A model generated the notes under the pieces. It worked only from the letters and a program-made list of their open reading frames with translations. It was not told where the DNA came from and did no database searches. This document shows positions 28,635 through 39,200 of a DNA stretch of 64,000 bases, in pieces. The stretch's first letter is position 1, and the number at the start of each line of letters is the position of its first letter. The position numbers were made by a program, and so were the translations under genes. This DNA comes from an uncultured Chloroflexia bacterium (GTDB lineage: Bacteria; Chloroflexota; Chloroflexia; QHBQ01; JADMIH01): NCBI GenBank assembly GCA_963797095.1, contig CAWCNY010000004.1, positions 160,001 to 224,000 on the forward strand, in the 5' to 3' direction.

Positions 28635-30857
28635 TTGTTGACACAACCTACAAACAGGGCGCAATCACATGCCCTCGGAGCCGCCAAGGTCACCGAACTG
28701 GTCGAAAGACTACGTTGGGTAATTGGCATCCGATGGACTGTGGTTGTTGCGCTCATTTTGGTAGCGATTGCCAGTCCATGGCTATCTAACCTGAGCACGA
28801 CCTTCGCAGGTTCCAATCCGCTAATTCACCTGAGCCTGGCTCTCTTCGTAACAGCATATAACACCGCGTATTTGCTCGGCTCGCGCATGCCGGAGTTCGG
28901 TCGAACCCGTGTGACATACTGGCTCATACTTGCGCAGGTGCCCCTGGACATTCTGGTGTTCACAGCTATAGTGCGATGGTCGGGTGGCGTGACCGGGCCG
29001 GTGTTCGTTCTCTACTTCCTGTATATTTTCGTGGGTTTGGCGATCCTGCCTCCCAAGGGGACGTACTTTGTTGCCGGTTTCTCGGCGCTATGCTACGGCG
29101 TACTTGCCTTTCTCGAAGCAATGTGGATTAAGCCCATAGTGACGGGCGACAGCACCGTGGCTCGGGTTATCCCCGACAAGGTGTACCTGGGCTATTTTCT
29201 CACTGTTGCGGCCACCCTCTTGATTACCGCATATATCGCTAACTATTTCTCAGGTCTTCTTACCAGAGACGAACGAACCATACGCGGGCAATTGAGCGAG
29301 CTTAACGCGCTCTATTCAGTGACTAGAAGCGTGGCGGGCACGCTGGATGGCGACGACGTGGCGCGAACTATAGTTATGAGAGCTATGGACCTGGACGATG
29401 CCAGCGCTTGTTCTCTGATATTGTTCAACGATCAAGGCGAAGGGGTAGTGGTAGCCTCGCGGGGCTTCACGCCTGAGCAATCGCGAGAAGCACTCGGCAA
29501 TGTCCTGCAACGCGATCACCCGATTGTGGCACGAGTCCTTTCTGATCGTAGGGGCATATATGCGCCCAGCGTGGAGCAGGACTCGGAGTTGAAATTTATC
29601 CTTCAGCGACCCAGCACTAAATCTTTCTATTCCGTACCCCTGTACAATGAAAGCAGGTTGATCGGGACTCTCAACCTTAGCTTCGACAGGCTCTTTACAA
29701 TGCCCGTGCACAGGTGGAATCTGCTCAGCGCGATGACGCAACAAGCGGCTTTCGCAATAGAGCGTGCGCGCCTGCTGACCGATGCACAACGCGCCGCCAG
29801 AGAGATGACAGGTCTCTATCATATCGGGTTGGCGACTACATCTTCGCTCGATATTGATGAAGTGCTGCATTTGATCTATGAGCAGGTGAACCGGGTGGTG
29901 CACCCAGATACCTTCTATATAGCGCTTTTTGACGAAGATGCTTACGAGCTAAAGTACGATATCTTCATCGAGCAGAACCAGGCGTTGCCGCCCTTCAAGC
30001 AGAGGCTGGACAACTCAGGCATCTCAGGGTGGGTAGTGCGCAACCGCAAGCCGATTTTCATCCGGCACTGGGACATGGAGATCGAGCAGTTGCCTTTTGA
30101 GGCGAACATCGTGGGGGTCGCGACCCAGTCACTCATCACCGCGCCATTATTCGCCAAGAACAAGATCGTGGGTGTGATGTCGGTGCAGGCAGTATCGCCC
30201 AGCGCCTTCGACCAGAACCACCTGCGTCTGCTGACATCAATCGCCGGTCAGGCAGCCCTCGCGCTGGAAAACGCCCGCCTGCATGCTACGGTGAACGAGC
30301 AAGCACAGCGCGATGCACTTACTGGTGTGTTCCATCACGGGAGTTTTATATCTAAGCTCCAGGCGGCGCTCAAGCAGGCTCACGCCGAACGTCAGACGGT
30401 CAGCCTCGTTATGCTCGACATCGACAAGTTCAAGCAATACAACGACACGTACGGTCACCTAGTGGGCGATGATGTACTGCGCAGCGCCGTGGTCGCTATC
30501 CAGAACCATTTGAAGAGCACTGATGTGGTAGGACGCTGGGGCGGCGAGGAGTTCGGTATTGTGCTTCCAGGCGTAACCAGGATCCAGGCGCGCCAGATCG
30601 CCGAAAGAATCCGCCTGACACTGGCTCGCAATCCCGTGCGCGACCTGCATGGCCGGGCCATTCCCGCGCCCACCGTCAGCCAGGGTATTGCCATGTACCC
30701 CGAAGACGCCAACAACATAGAAGACCTGATAGATAAGGCCGATTCGGCGCTCTTCCACGCGAAAGACCAGGGACGCAACCAGATTGCGGAGTGGATAGAG
30801 ATTCACGAGCAGCACGGAGTGCTCCCTGCGGAGCAGCAGGCGGTGCCCGCCCATTGA
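28635..30857 (+). CDS. membrane sensor diguanylate cyclase (TM-GAF-GAF-GGDEF)
   Basis: About 6 TM, two GAF domains, DIDKFKQYNDTYGH and RWGGEEF. Confidence 0.92.
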   Translation: MLTQPTNRAQSHALGAAKVTELVERLRWVIGIRWTVVVALILVAIASPWLSNLSTTFAGSNPLIHLSLALFVTAYNTAYLLGSRMPEFGRTRVTYWLILAQVPLDILVFTAIVRWSGGVTGPVFVLYFLYIFVGLAILPPKGTYFVAGFSALCYGVLAFLEAMWIKPIVTGDSTVARVIPDKVYLGYFLTVAATLLITAYIANYFSGLLTRDERTIRGQLSELNALYSVTRSVAGTLDGDDVARTIVMRAMDLDDASACSLILFNDQGEGVVVASRGFTPEQSREALGNVLQRDHPIVARVLSDRRGIYAPSVEQDSELKFILQRPSTKSFYSVPLYNESRLIGTLNLSFDRLFTMPVHRWNLLSAMTQQAAFAIERARLLTDAQRAAREMTGLYHIGLATTSSLDIDEVLHLIYEQVNRVVHPDTFYIALFDEDAYELKYDIFIEQNQALPPFKQRLDNSGISGWVVRNRKPIFIRHWDMEIEQLPFEANIVGVATQSLITAPLFAKNKIVGVMSVQAVSPSAFDQNHLRLLTSIAGQAALALENARLHATVNEQAQRDALTGVFHHGSFISKLQAALKQAHAERQTVSLVMLDIDKFKQYNDTYGHLVGDDVLRSAVVAIQNHLKSTDVVGRWGGEEFGIVLPGVTRIQARQIAERIRLTLARNPVRDLHGRAIPAPTVSQGIAMYPEDANNIEDLIDKADSALFHAKDQGRNQIAEWIEIHEQHGVLPAEQQAVPAH

Positions 30858-30983
30858 TGCGATACGACGCACCAGTGGAGCATAGCGATCGGTTGCGCAA
30901 CCTCAATCGGATTACTTATAATGGCTGGGCGGTGAGTGCCCAGCCATTACGATTTTCCGCCATTATCTCACCTAAAGGATACC

Positions 30984-31838
30984 ATGACTTACCACAATAA
31001 CGGCCATACAAGCGAAAGCACCCGCCAAGCAGATGAAGTTGCGTTACCGGACGATGCAGTAAAGTGGGGCAAAGCGGACCTGCATATGCACACCTCTCTG
31101 GGTGATGGGCTTGCCAGCGTTGAGCAGATTTTTGAGTACGTCGAAAACCACACCGACCTGGACATTATTGCGATCACCGATCACGATGACATAAGAGGGG
31201 CCATGCAGGCGATGGAGCTTGCGGAAAAGCGCAAGTGGCGCTTCAAGGTGATACCCGGCACCGAGATCACAACCAGGCAGGGCCACCTTTTGGCGCTGTT
31301 CGTCACCCGCGAGTTCCCGATGCTCAAGTCGCTGGAAGCGAGCGTGGCGGCTGTGTACGAAGCGGGCGGGATGGCAATCGCGCCACACCCCCTGTCATGG
31401 CTTACGACTTCGATACGCGAGAAGTCGCTGCTGCTCCAACACACTACAAAACTCCCCTTTCACGGCATCGAGACCTTCAACCCATCATATGCGGGGCGCG
31501 TTGCACACGGCAGGGTTAAGGAATTAAATGCCACCGTACTTTATCTGCCGGAGTTCGGAGGGTCGGACGCCCATGCCAATTCGATGATCGGCAAGGGCTT
31601 TACGCAATTCCCCGGAAGCACAGTCGAGGACTTGCTTGAGGCGATCAAGGAAAAGACGACTGTCGCCGGCGGCACATTCATGAATTTGCAGGATCACGCC
31701 GTGATCGCGGCACCGAACCTGTGGAAGAGTATGATCGTACACCCGACCTACAAAGTCAGGCGCGCGGTTGCCCGCCGCCTGGGTCTGGGTCATCAGGGGA
31801 AGAGCCTGCCGGGTTCCGGCCCAAGCGTCAACCGTTGA
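30984..31838 (+). CDS. PHP-domain phosphoesterase
   Basis: DLHMHT, ITDHD, GTEIT, GHLL, PHP and GGSDAH. Start set to ATG 30984. Confidence 0.9.
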   Translation: MTYHNNGHTSESTRQADEVALPDDAVKWGKADLHMHTSLGDGLASVEQIFEYVENHTDLDIIAITDHDDIRGAMQAMELAEKRKWRFKVIPGTEITTRQGHLLALFVTREFPMLKSLEASVAAVYEAGGMAIAPHPLSWLTTSIREKSLLLQHTTKLPFHGIETFNPSYAGRVAHGRVKELNATVLYLPEFGGSDAHANSMIGKGFTQFPGSTVEDLLEAIKEKTTVAGGTFMNLQDHAVIAAPNLWKSMIVHPTYKVRRAVARRLGLGHQGKSLPGSGPSVNR

Positions 31839-31869
31839 GCCTGCAACCAACATTGTCTATTGACACTCT

Positions 31870-33082
31870 ATGAATATTGGCCTGGTCTCCCCATATGATT
31901 ACGCCACGCAAGGCGGCGTAACCGAGCATATCAAACACCTGTCCGAGCAGTTGCGCCTGATGGGGCACCAGGTGAAAATACTGGCTCCGCTTTCGCTCGA
32001 GAATGAGGAGTTTCCAGAGGACGTATACGCCCTCGGCGCGGTGACGCCCATCCCCGCCAATGGCTCGGTGGCGCGCATCTCCTTGTCGCCCGACCTGGGA
32101 CGGAGTATCCGAGCCATCTTGCGGGCTGAACGTTTCGATGTTATTCATCTGCACGAGCCACTGATGCCCGCCGTGCCGTGGCTGGTGCTTCGATATTCCG
32201 CGTCGCCGAATATCGGCACGTTCCATGCCTTCGGCGAGTCGTCGCCGATCTACGCTATGGGCAGGCCCATCCTTCGCCGCTTCTTCAACAGGCTCCAGGG
32301 CCGAATCGCCGTGTCGCAGGCTGCCCTGGAGTACATTTCGCAATATTTCGATGGGGATTACGAGATAATTCCCAACGGGGTTGACATCACACGATTCGCA
32401 ACGCCTCGCGAGCCGATTGCGTGGATGCGCGACGGCAGGCCCACTATTTTGTTTGTTGGCCGCTTCGAAGAGTCGCGCAAGGGACTCCGATGGTTACTCA
32501 AGGCTTTGCCCGTAGTCGAAACGTATTTCCCGGATTTGAGGTTGGTCGTGGCCGGGGGCGGCGACCCTGAGAGCATGGCCGAATGGCTGCCCCTGCGCGA
32601 TTATACACGTCCGGGAAGGACCATCTATCGTTCCTCAGGATCGGCGTTGGAGGTGGAGTTCACAGGCTTCGTGCCTGCTGAGGACCTACCTCGATACTAC
32701 CAGTCGTGCGATGTCTATTGCGCGCCTTCGACACGGGGCGAGAGCTTCGGGATCGTGTTGTTGGAGGCGATGGCTGCGGGCACACCTGTGCTTGCAAGCC
32801 GCATCCCAGGCTACGCTTCAGTGCTAACGCATGGGCGCGAGGGGTTCCTCGCGAATCCCGAAGAATCCTGCCTCGCTTGCCGCAGGTCTAATCCGCCTGC
32901 TGAGCGACGCCGGCTTGCGAGAGCAAATGGGGCAAGCAGGTAAGCGCACGGCCCGGCAGTATGATTGGCCGATTGTCGCAGCGCGGGTGCTGGCCTACTA
33001 TGAGCGGGTGATGCACCTCAACCCGCCCGTCACATCATCGCGATTGTGGTCGGCCCGCCCAAGAGTTACCAACGGCCTCTGA
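31870..33082 (+). pseudogene. PimA-like GT4 glycosyltransferase, frameshifted (mutation or sequencing error)
   Basis: GGVTEHI, NGSVARI, HLHEP and GESFGIVLLEAMAAG. The C-terminus (ASLAAGLIRLL...YDWPIVA) continues in another frame after the CCC at 32857-32859. Confidence 0.85.
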
Positions 33083-33152
33083 TTGTGATATAATTGTGGG
33101 CTGTGAAAGGTACAGCCCAACTTTCAACCCTATATAGAGGGATGCTTTTGCC

Positions 33153-33800
33153 ATGCTGACCAGACCCGTACAGGACAGAGCGCGCGCCACCGCGCGCTGG
33201 GTGGTTCGCCTCTTTGTAAAGACAGGCATTACGCCAAATATGCTGACGATCTTCGGGTTTGTGCTGAACGCGGGGGTGGCGTACCTGCTTGCGATAGGCC
33301 AGCCAATCTGGGGTGGGGCTTTGATGCTCTTCGCCGGGCTGTTCGACATGCTGGACGGCGCGCTGGCGAAGGTGACTAACCGGGTCACCAGGTTTGGGGG
33401 CTTTTTGGACTCGGTGGTGGACCGCTACTCGGAGGCCGTGGTACTGTTCGGTTTGCTTCTCTATTATTACAACCAGCCGGACAGGGCCGGGCTATTGGAG
33501 ATCATTCTGATCTATGTAACCCTGGTGGGGTCTATGATGATCAGCTACGCTCGCGCACGCGCGGGCGCACTCAATATTACTAACGAGGTGGGGATACTGG
33601 CGCGCCCGGAACGGATCATCTTGCTGGCTGTTGGACTGTTGTTCGGACCGTTCTTGCTCGATGTAATTCTATGGGTGCTGGCGATTGGAACTCAGTTCAC
33701 CGCGCTCCAACGCATCTGGTATGTATGGCAAGTAACTGCCAGCGAGCGGAATGGGCAGGCTGCTGGCGACGAAGACACCGGCGGCAAGCAGAATCCTTAG
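33153..33800 (+). CDS. CDP-alcohol phosphatidyltransferase (phosphatidylinositol-phosphate synthase-like)
   Basis: TPNMLT, DMLDGALAK...GGFLDSVVDRYSE, SYARAR and RPER. Confidence 0.9.
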   Translation: MLTRPVQDRARATARWVVRLFVKTGITPNMLTIFGFVLNAGVAYLLAIGQPIWGGALMLFAGLFDMLDGALAKVTNRVTRFGGFLDSVVDRYSEAVVLFGLLLYYYNQPDRAGLLEIILIYVTLVGSMMISYARARAGALNITNEVGILARPERIILLAVGLLFGPFLLDVILWVLAIGTQFTALQRIWYVWQVTASERNGQAAGDEDTGGKQNP

Positions 33801-34531
33801 GAGCGTGCCGCAAAGAGGCGGCGAAGACGCGCCCAAAAGCCGCGATTTGGCGTTTCAGGCTCAGGGGATATGTTGTTCTCACCTTCAATTTCCTGGGCCA
33901 TTTGAGCAGCGGTTGGTGCGTTTTGCTCGGAATGGTGGGACTCTGTTGAGGCAATCAGGCGTGGAGGAAGGGGCGGGCCACCGGAGCTATCCCAGTCAAG
34001 CTTGAATTCGGCCAGCAGCGAGCGCAACCTCTTGATTTCGATTTGCAGTTCTTCTTTGTCACGGCGCATCCGAGCCGCCCATTCCTGCCATAGCTCTTCC
34101 TGGGCACGCAAACCGGAGTTATTGAACTCCAGGACCTGGTTGAGCTTGTAGAGCTTGAACGACTTGAACTTGAGGACCGAATACATTGAGTGGTAACTGG
34201 CTAGCTCATTCACCATAGTATCGACGCGATTGGTGAGAGAGGGGTCATCTCTGCCGGCGAGGGCACGAATGGCGTCAAGGTGCCATTCGCCCATCTGAAA
34301 TCCAAGCCCGGCGAGAAATACAGTAGTTAGCCCCTCCTCGGTATCCCATTCGTTTGTACGCATCAAAGCTTGTAGCTCACGATAATTTTCTTCAAGGATC
34401 TCAATTTCCAGTCTAACCGTGCGAGCCTCTTCAAACATCGGGATCGGCTCAAGACTGGATCGCCATCCGGTGGCAGGGCGTTGGGAATTGCTGTTTTCGA
34501 CCGGTTTAGGCAGGTCGGTATTTTCGGGCAT
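33797..34531 (-). CDS. hypothetical coiled-coil protein
   Basis: 244-aa ORF with GGAG RBS, heptad-rich middle and C-terminal RGFWARLRRLF. Confidence 0.7.
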   Translation of the reverse strand: MPENTDLPKPVENSNSQRPATGWRSSLEPIPMFEEARTVRLEIEILEENYRELQALMRTNEWDTEEGLTTVFLAGLGFQMGEWHLDAIRALAGRDDPSLTNRVDTMVNELASYHSMYSVLKFKSFKLYKLNQVLEFNNSGLRAQEELWQEWAARMRRDKEELQIEIKRLRSLLAEFKLDWDSSGGPPLPPRLIASTESHHSEQNAPTAAQMAQEIEGENNISPEPETPNRGFWARLRRLFAARS

Positions 34532-34680
34532 GGTGTGGCGCTCCTATTCTTGCGATCAGCGCGAAGGCCTACAAGTTATATACTGGGGATCCCCATCATA
34601 CAGTTCCACTTATTTCAATGAATCCGGTAAACATTGCCTAACTTACAGTCTTGGGGAGGACGTGGCCGGGGTCTGCGAGC

Positions 34681-35997
34681 CTAACAAGGTTCGTGGGCGG
34701 CGAGATCGGCCTGCGTATGAGCTTGCACTAATTCAGGATTGAGGCTCCTTCTGCGAGAGCCAGGCTCTTCTTCGACTTTCAACTGGCCGCAGGCGGCAGC
34801 TATGTCCACGCCGCGCTCGATCCTGACCGTCGTGTGGATACCTCCTTCTTCGAGAATCTTCTGGAAGGCGAATACCTGTTCTCGAGGAGTGGCCCTCATG
34901 CCCGTGCCGGGCACAGGGTTCAGCGGGATCAAGTTCACGTGACAAAGTAGGCCACGAAGCCGGTCGCGCAACTCGCCAGCAAGCGAGAGGCTGTCGTTCA
35001 CCCCGTTGATAAGCACATATTCAAAGGTGGTGCGCCTGTGGGTCACATTCACGTAGTCGCGGCAAGCATCCAGTAGGTCAGCGACCGAATAACGGAGGTT
35101 GATCGGCATGAACGAGCTGCGTAGCTCGTCGTTGGGTGCGTGGAGCGACACCGCCAGGTTGACGGCTAGCTCTTCCTGAGCGAAGCGGCGAATGCCCGGC
35201 ACTATCCCTACTGTGGAAACCGTCATGCGACGCGCACCAAGGCCAAGCCCCGCAGGCGAGTTGAGTGTTCTGATCGCGCCCCAAAGATTGTTGTAATTCA
35301 CAAGCGGCTCGCCCATACCCATGAATACGACGTTTGTAACGGCGGTTATCGGGGCGGTGCGATGAGCGCTGAGGTCATCTTGAGTGAACCATGTATCGCG
35401 ATCAGCAGCTATGTGTTCAGGGAGGTTGTTAGCAGGCGCAGATGGCTTCTGCCCAAGGTAGCGGCTAGCCTGCCGGGGAGCGGGAATATGCGGGTGATCT
35501 CGCAGCCATCGGTTGAACCAGATCACTTGCTCGACAATCTCGCCGGACGAGAGGTTGCGAGTGAAACCCATCTGGCCGGTCGCACAGAAGGTGCACCCCA
35601 TTGCACATCCGACCTGTGACGAGATGCACACAGTGGCCCGGTCGTAGTAGAGCATAAGCACGGCTTCGATCGTGTTACCGTCACGCAGACGGAGGAGCAC
35701 TTTGCGGGTCCACCCGTCGGTCGAGATCTTCTGGGCCACTAACTCAGCCGACCCGATCTTGAGCCTCTCAGCCAGCTTTTCGCGAAGCGCCAGGGGCAGG
35801 TTGGTCATTTGGGAGAAGTCGGTGGCAAGCTCTTTGTAGAGCCAGTGTGAAATCTGGCTGGCGCGATAAGGCGGCTCGCCCATCTCTTGAACTATGGCAC
35901 GCAGACGCTCGGCGCTGAGATCATAAACCTTCAGGCGATTGTCAGGCGTGGTGAGATCGAGGTTTGCGTGCTGAGTGGGAACCGGAGATAGGGACAT
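34681..35997 (-). CDS. rlmN: radical SAM RNA methyltransferase RlmN
   Basis: CISSQVGCAMGCTFCATG, MGMGEP, SLHAP, FEYVL and AACGQL. Confidence 0.95.
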   Translation of the reverse strand: MSLSPVPTQHANLDLTTPDNRLKVYDLSAERLRAIVQEMGEPPYRASQISHWLYKELATDFSQMTNLPLALREKLAERLKIGSAELVAQKISTDGWTRKVLLRLRDGNTIEAVLMLYYDRATVCISSQVGCAMGCTFCATGQMGFTRNLSSGEIVEQVIWFNRWLRDHPHIPAPRQASRYLGQKPSAPANNLPEHIAADRDTWFTQDDLSAHRTAPITAVTNVVFMGMGEPLVNYNNLWGAIRTLNSPAGLGLGARRMTVSTVGIVPGIRRFAQEELAVNLAVSLHAPNDELRSSFMPINLRYSVADLLDACRDYVNVTHRRTTFEYVLINGVNDSLSLAGELRDRLRGLLCHVNLIPLNPVPGTGMRATPREQVFAFQKILEEGGIHTTVRIERGVDIAAACGQLKVEEEPGSRRRSLNPELVQAHTQADLAAHEPC

Positions 35998-36201
35998 AGT
36001 TGATTATACTCCCAACGCACTCGATCTTGACAAGGTTCGCGTCCAAGAATAACTGTACCAAAGTACACCCCAAAACCTGTCCCACTTTGTCCCACCAATG
36101 TCATTTAGTTAGCGAGGGCAAGAGTAATCACATTCCTGGTGACCACTCAACATGACGATCGCCGGCTGTACTAAAGTACGCAACTCGCGCCCGCAACCTG
36201 A

Positions 36202-39200
36202 TCAGGCCGTGGCGCGCTCTTCGACTCTAAGCGATAGGAGCTGGGACGTGCCGTCGCCTGCCATCGAGACGCCGTAAAGAGTATCTGCGGCCTCGATCGT
36301 GCCCCGATTGTGAGTGATGATCACGAACTGAGTATTGGAGCCAAGCTCCTGCAGAGCGGCTCTGAAGCGCGATACGTTGCTCTCGTCAAGGGCCGCATCA
36401 ACCTCGTCCAGAACGCAGAAGGGGACGGGACGCACCTTGAGCAGGGCAAACAGGAGGGCAGCCGACGTGAGGGCGCGCTCGCCCCCCGACAGAGCGGCCA
36501 ATGGCTGCAAACGCTTTCCAGGGGGCTGCGCCATGATGTCGACACCTGAGGAGGTGATGTCATCTGGATTAGTCAGGTCGAGGCGGGCGGTGCCCCCACC
36601 AAAGAGAGTGTTGAAGAATGTGCTAAAGGCGTCGTTCACCTGAGCGAAGGTGGCGGCAAACTGGTCGCGCATCGTGCGGTCCAACTCGCCAATGACGTGA
36701 CGCAGGCTGTCGGCAGCAGCCATCAGGTCGATCAACTGGGTCTGCAAGAAACTGTGGCGCTCAGCTAGGGCTGCGTGCTCCTCCATTGCCAGGGGGTTTA
36801 CTGGACCGAGACGAGAGAGGCGCGACCGAACAGCGTAGACCCTTCGCTCGCGCTCATTAGCTTCTTCTGGAGCCGGGATACTGGCTTCGCTTTCGAGTTC
36901 AACTGGGGACTTTATGTCCAACTCCGTATCATGAGGTTGTAGCGATTGAGCAGATTGATTGCCGTCACCGATTCGTATAGGGGATTCGGTTGCAACATTT
37001 GACGATGTGGGATTAGTGTCAAGCTCAGGTTCACTTGGAGCGCCTAATTCTTCGGCTATCTCGATCCTCAAGCTGGAAAGGACACCGAGGCATCGTTGAG
37101 TTTCTACCGCCGTGCGGCTGTGCACTGTTTCACTTTCCAGGAGGGCTGTTTGCAAGCTTGAAAGCTCGTTCTCTAAAGCGTTGGCCTGCGCCTCGGCATT
37201 GCGCACTTCCTGTTCCGAGGGGCCTATGCGTAGCTCAATATCGCTGACAAGTGATGCGAGCTTTGTTGCCTCTGCTTCATGCGCGATAAGCGCGTCGCGC
37301 AGACGCTTCTCATCAACCTCGCCGGCTTCCGCCAGTGAACGCAACTCTGAGCGCTGCTTTTCGACCCTGACAAGCTCTCGATCGGTTTCTTCCTGCCGTG
37401 CTCGCAGGTTACGAAGGGTTTCGGCGAGGACGGCCAGTCGAGTGCGGCGCTCGGCTGTGGCCTGCGATGCCCGGCCGCGTTGTGACCGCAGTTCGGACAG
37501 TTGAGCCGAAGATTCGGCTAATAGCTCGCGCTGAGGCCCGATCTCTCCGCCCAGGGAGGCCAATGAATCCTTCATATCGGATGCAGAGTGCCGTAGCCGT
37601 TCGATCTCGCGTCGCGTTTCGGCAAGTAGCCCCGTGCGCCAGGAAAGCTCCTGCTGGAGCCTGCTAACGACACTGCCCTGTTCCATATACAGCAACTGAG
37701 CCGCAGATTGGCGTTTGCGGGCGTCTTCCAGGGCAGACGATGAGGATGCCAGACGAGTTTCGTGAGAACGTAGCGAGGTCAGGGCGTGCTCCTGAGCCTG
37801 CTCGGCCCTAGTGAGGGCGATGCGCGCCTCTTCGTAGGCATGTTGAAGCTCGCGTCTGCGCCTCTCCCTGGCGAGGATGGTCTTGCCTCTGGCGCTACGG
37901 TCATCACCCCGCGTGTTGGAGCCTCCGGTTACTGAGCCGCCGGGGCGCACCACGTCACCGCCGAGAGTCGCGAGAGTCCAGGGGGCACTAACAGGCATTC
38001 CCGCAAGTGCGCGGCGGGCTGAAGGGAGGTCTTCGACTATAAGGATGCGGCCGAGTAAAGATTCAGCCAGCGTCGCGAGGCGTGGTTCGTACCGGACGAG
38101 CTCACGTGCCAGACCGATAATTCCGGCGCCTGTTGGAGGTGTAGATGTGCGTGAAGAACGCAACGTGTCAAGGGGTAGGAATGTGGCGCGACCCGCACCC
38201 GACGATTTGAGAAAGGCAATGGCTGCCTCCGCGTCGGACCAGCTTTCTACTACAACATCTTGCAAGCGGCCACCGAGCGCGGCTTCAATCGCGGGTTCGT
38301 ATTCGGAGGGTACGTGCAGCAGCTCGGCTACTGTGCCGACAAACCCATTCAGGCGGCCCTGGCCTGCGGCTGTGACTACGGCCCGGACTCCGCCGAAGAG
38401 TCCGGCGCTTTGCTCTCCCAGCAGGGCGACGATTTGCCCGGAGAGGAGTTCGATGTGCCGAAGGGCATCTCGCCGCGCGGTCTCGACGCGGCTGAGTTCG
38501 TGTCGAGCGGACGACACGGTCTCGGTTAAGGAAGCGTGGTCACGTTCAGCCTGCGCAACGGCGAGTTGTTCCGCTCCCAGCGCCGTATGTTTGGCATCGA
38601 GCATGGCCTCGGCTTCGGCCAATCTTGTGTGCAAAGTTGCAATGGCGTTTTCAGCCTCTGTAGCTCCCCGGTCCTGTTCGGATGCAGTGCGTTCGGCATT
38701 AGCGATGCTGTTTTGCAGACTTGTTTCACGCAGTAGGAGGTTTTCGAGGTGTGCTGCTTTGTGGTCATGGCCCGATTCGGCTCGTGCTATCTGTGAGTCC
38801 AGATCGGCCAGTTCAGCGTCAACATCGCGGCCCTCAGCTTGAATTTCATGCACCTCCTGAGCATGGCGATCTATCTCCTGGAGAAGGTCAGCTTGTCGCT
38901 GGGAGAGTGCTTGTGAGGCGTCCAACAGGCCCTCGCCGTCCTTCACGAGCGCAGTGCGGGTCTGGCCCGCTGAAACTAGGCGCTCGGTTGTAACCGCCTG
39001 GGCCTGCACCTGGGCCGCATGGCGCGACTGGGCCTGCGCACGTTCTTCATGCAATTGCGAAACGCGACCCACAAGCTCCCACACGCGGGCGCGAATTTCG
39101 GCAAGACGGGTACTTAAGGCGGAAACTGCTTGCTTGCGCTGAGAGACCTCCACAAGCGCAGCCTCCTCGGCGACGCGGGCTGCTTGAAGCGCGCTCGCTG

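Noticed and set aside
37877-38842. Long opposite-strand ORFs (e.g. 321 aa here, 332 aa at 49660-50658)
   Set aside because: They are antisense shadows of smc and the histidine kinase, expected in GC-rich DNA, and carry no motifs.
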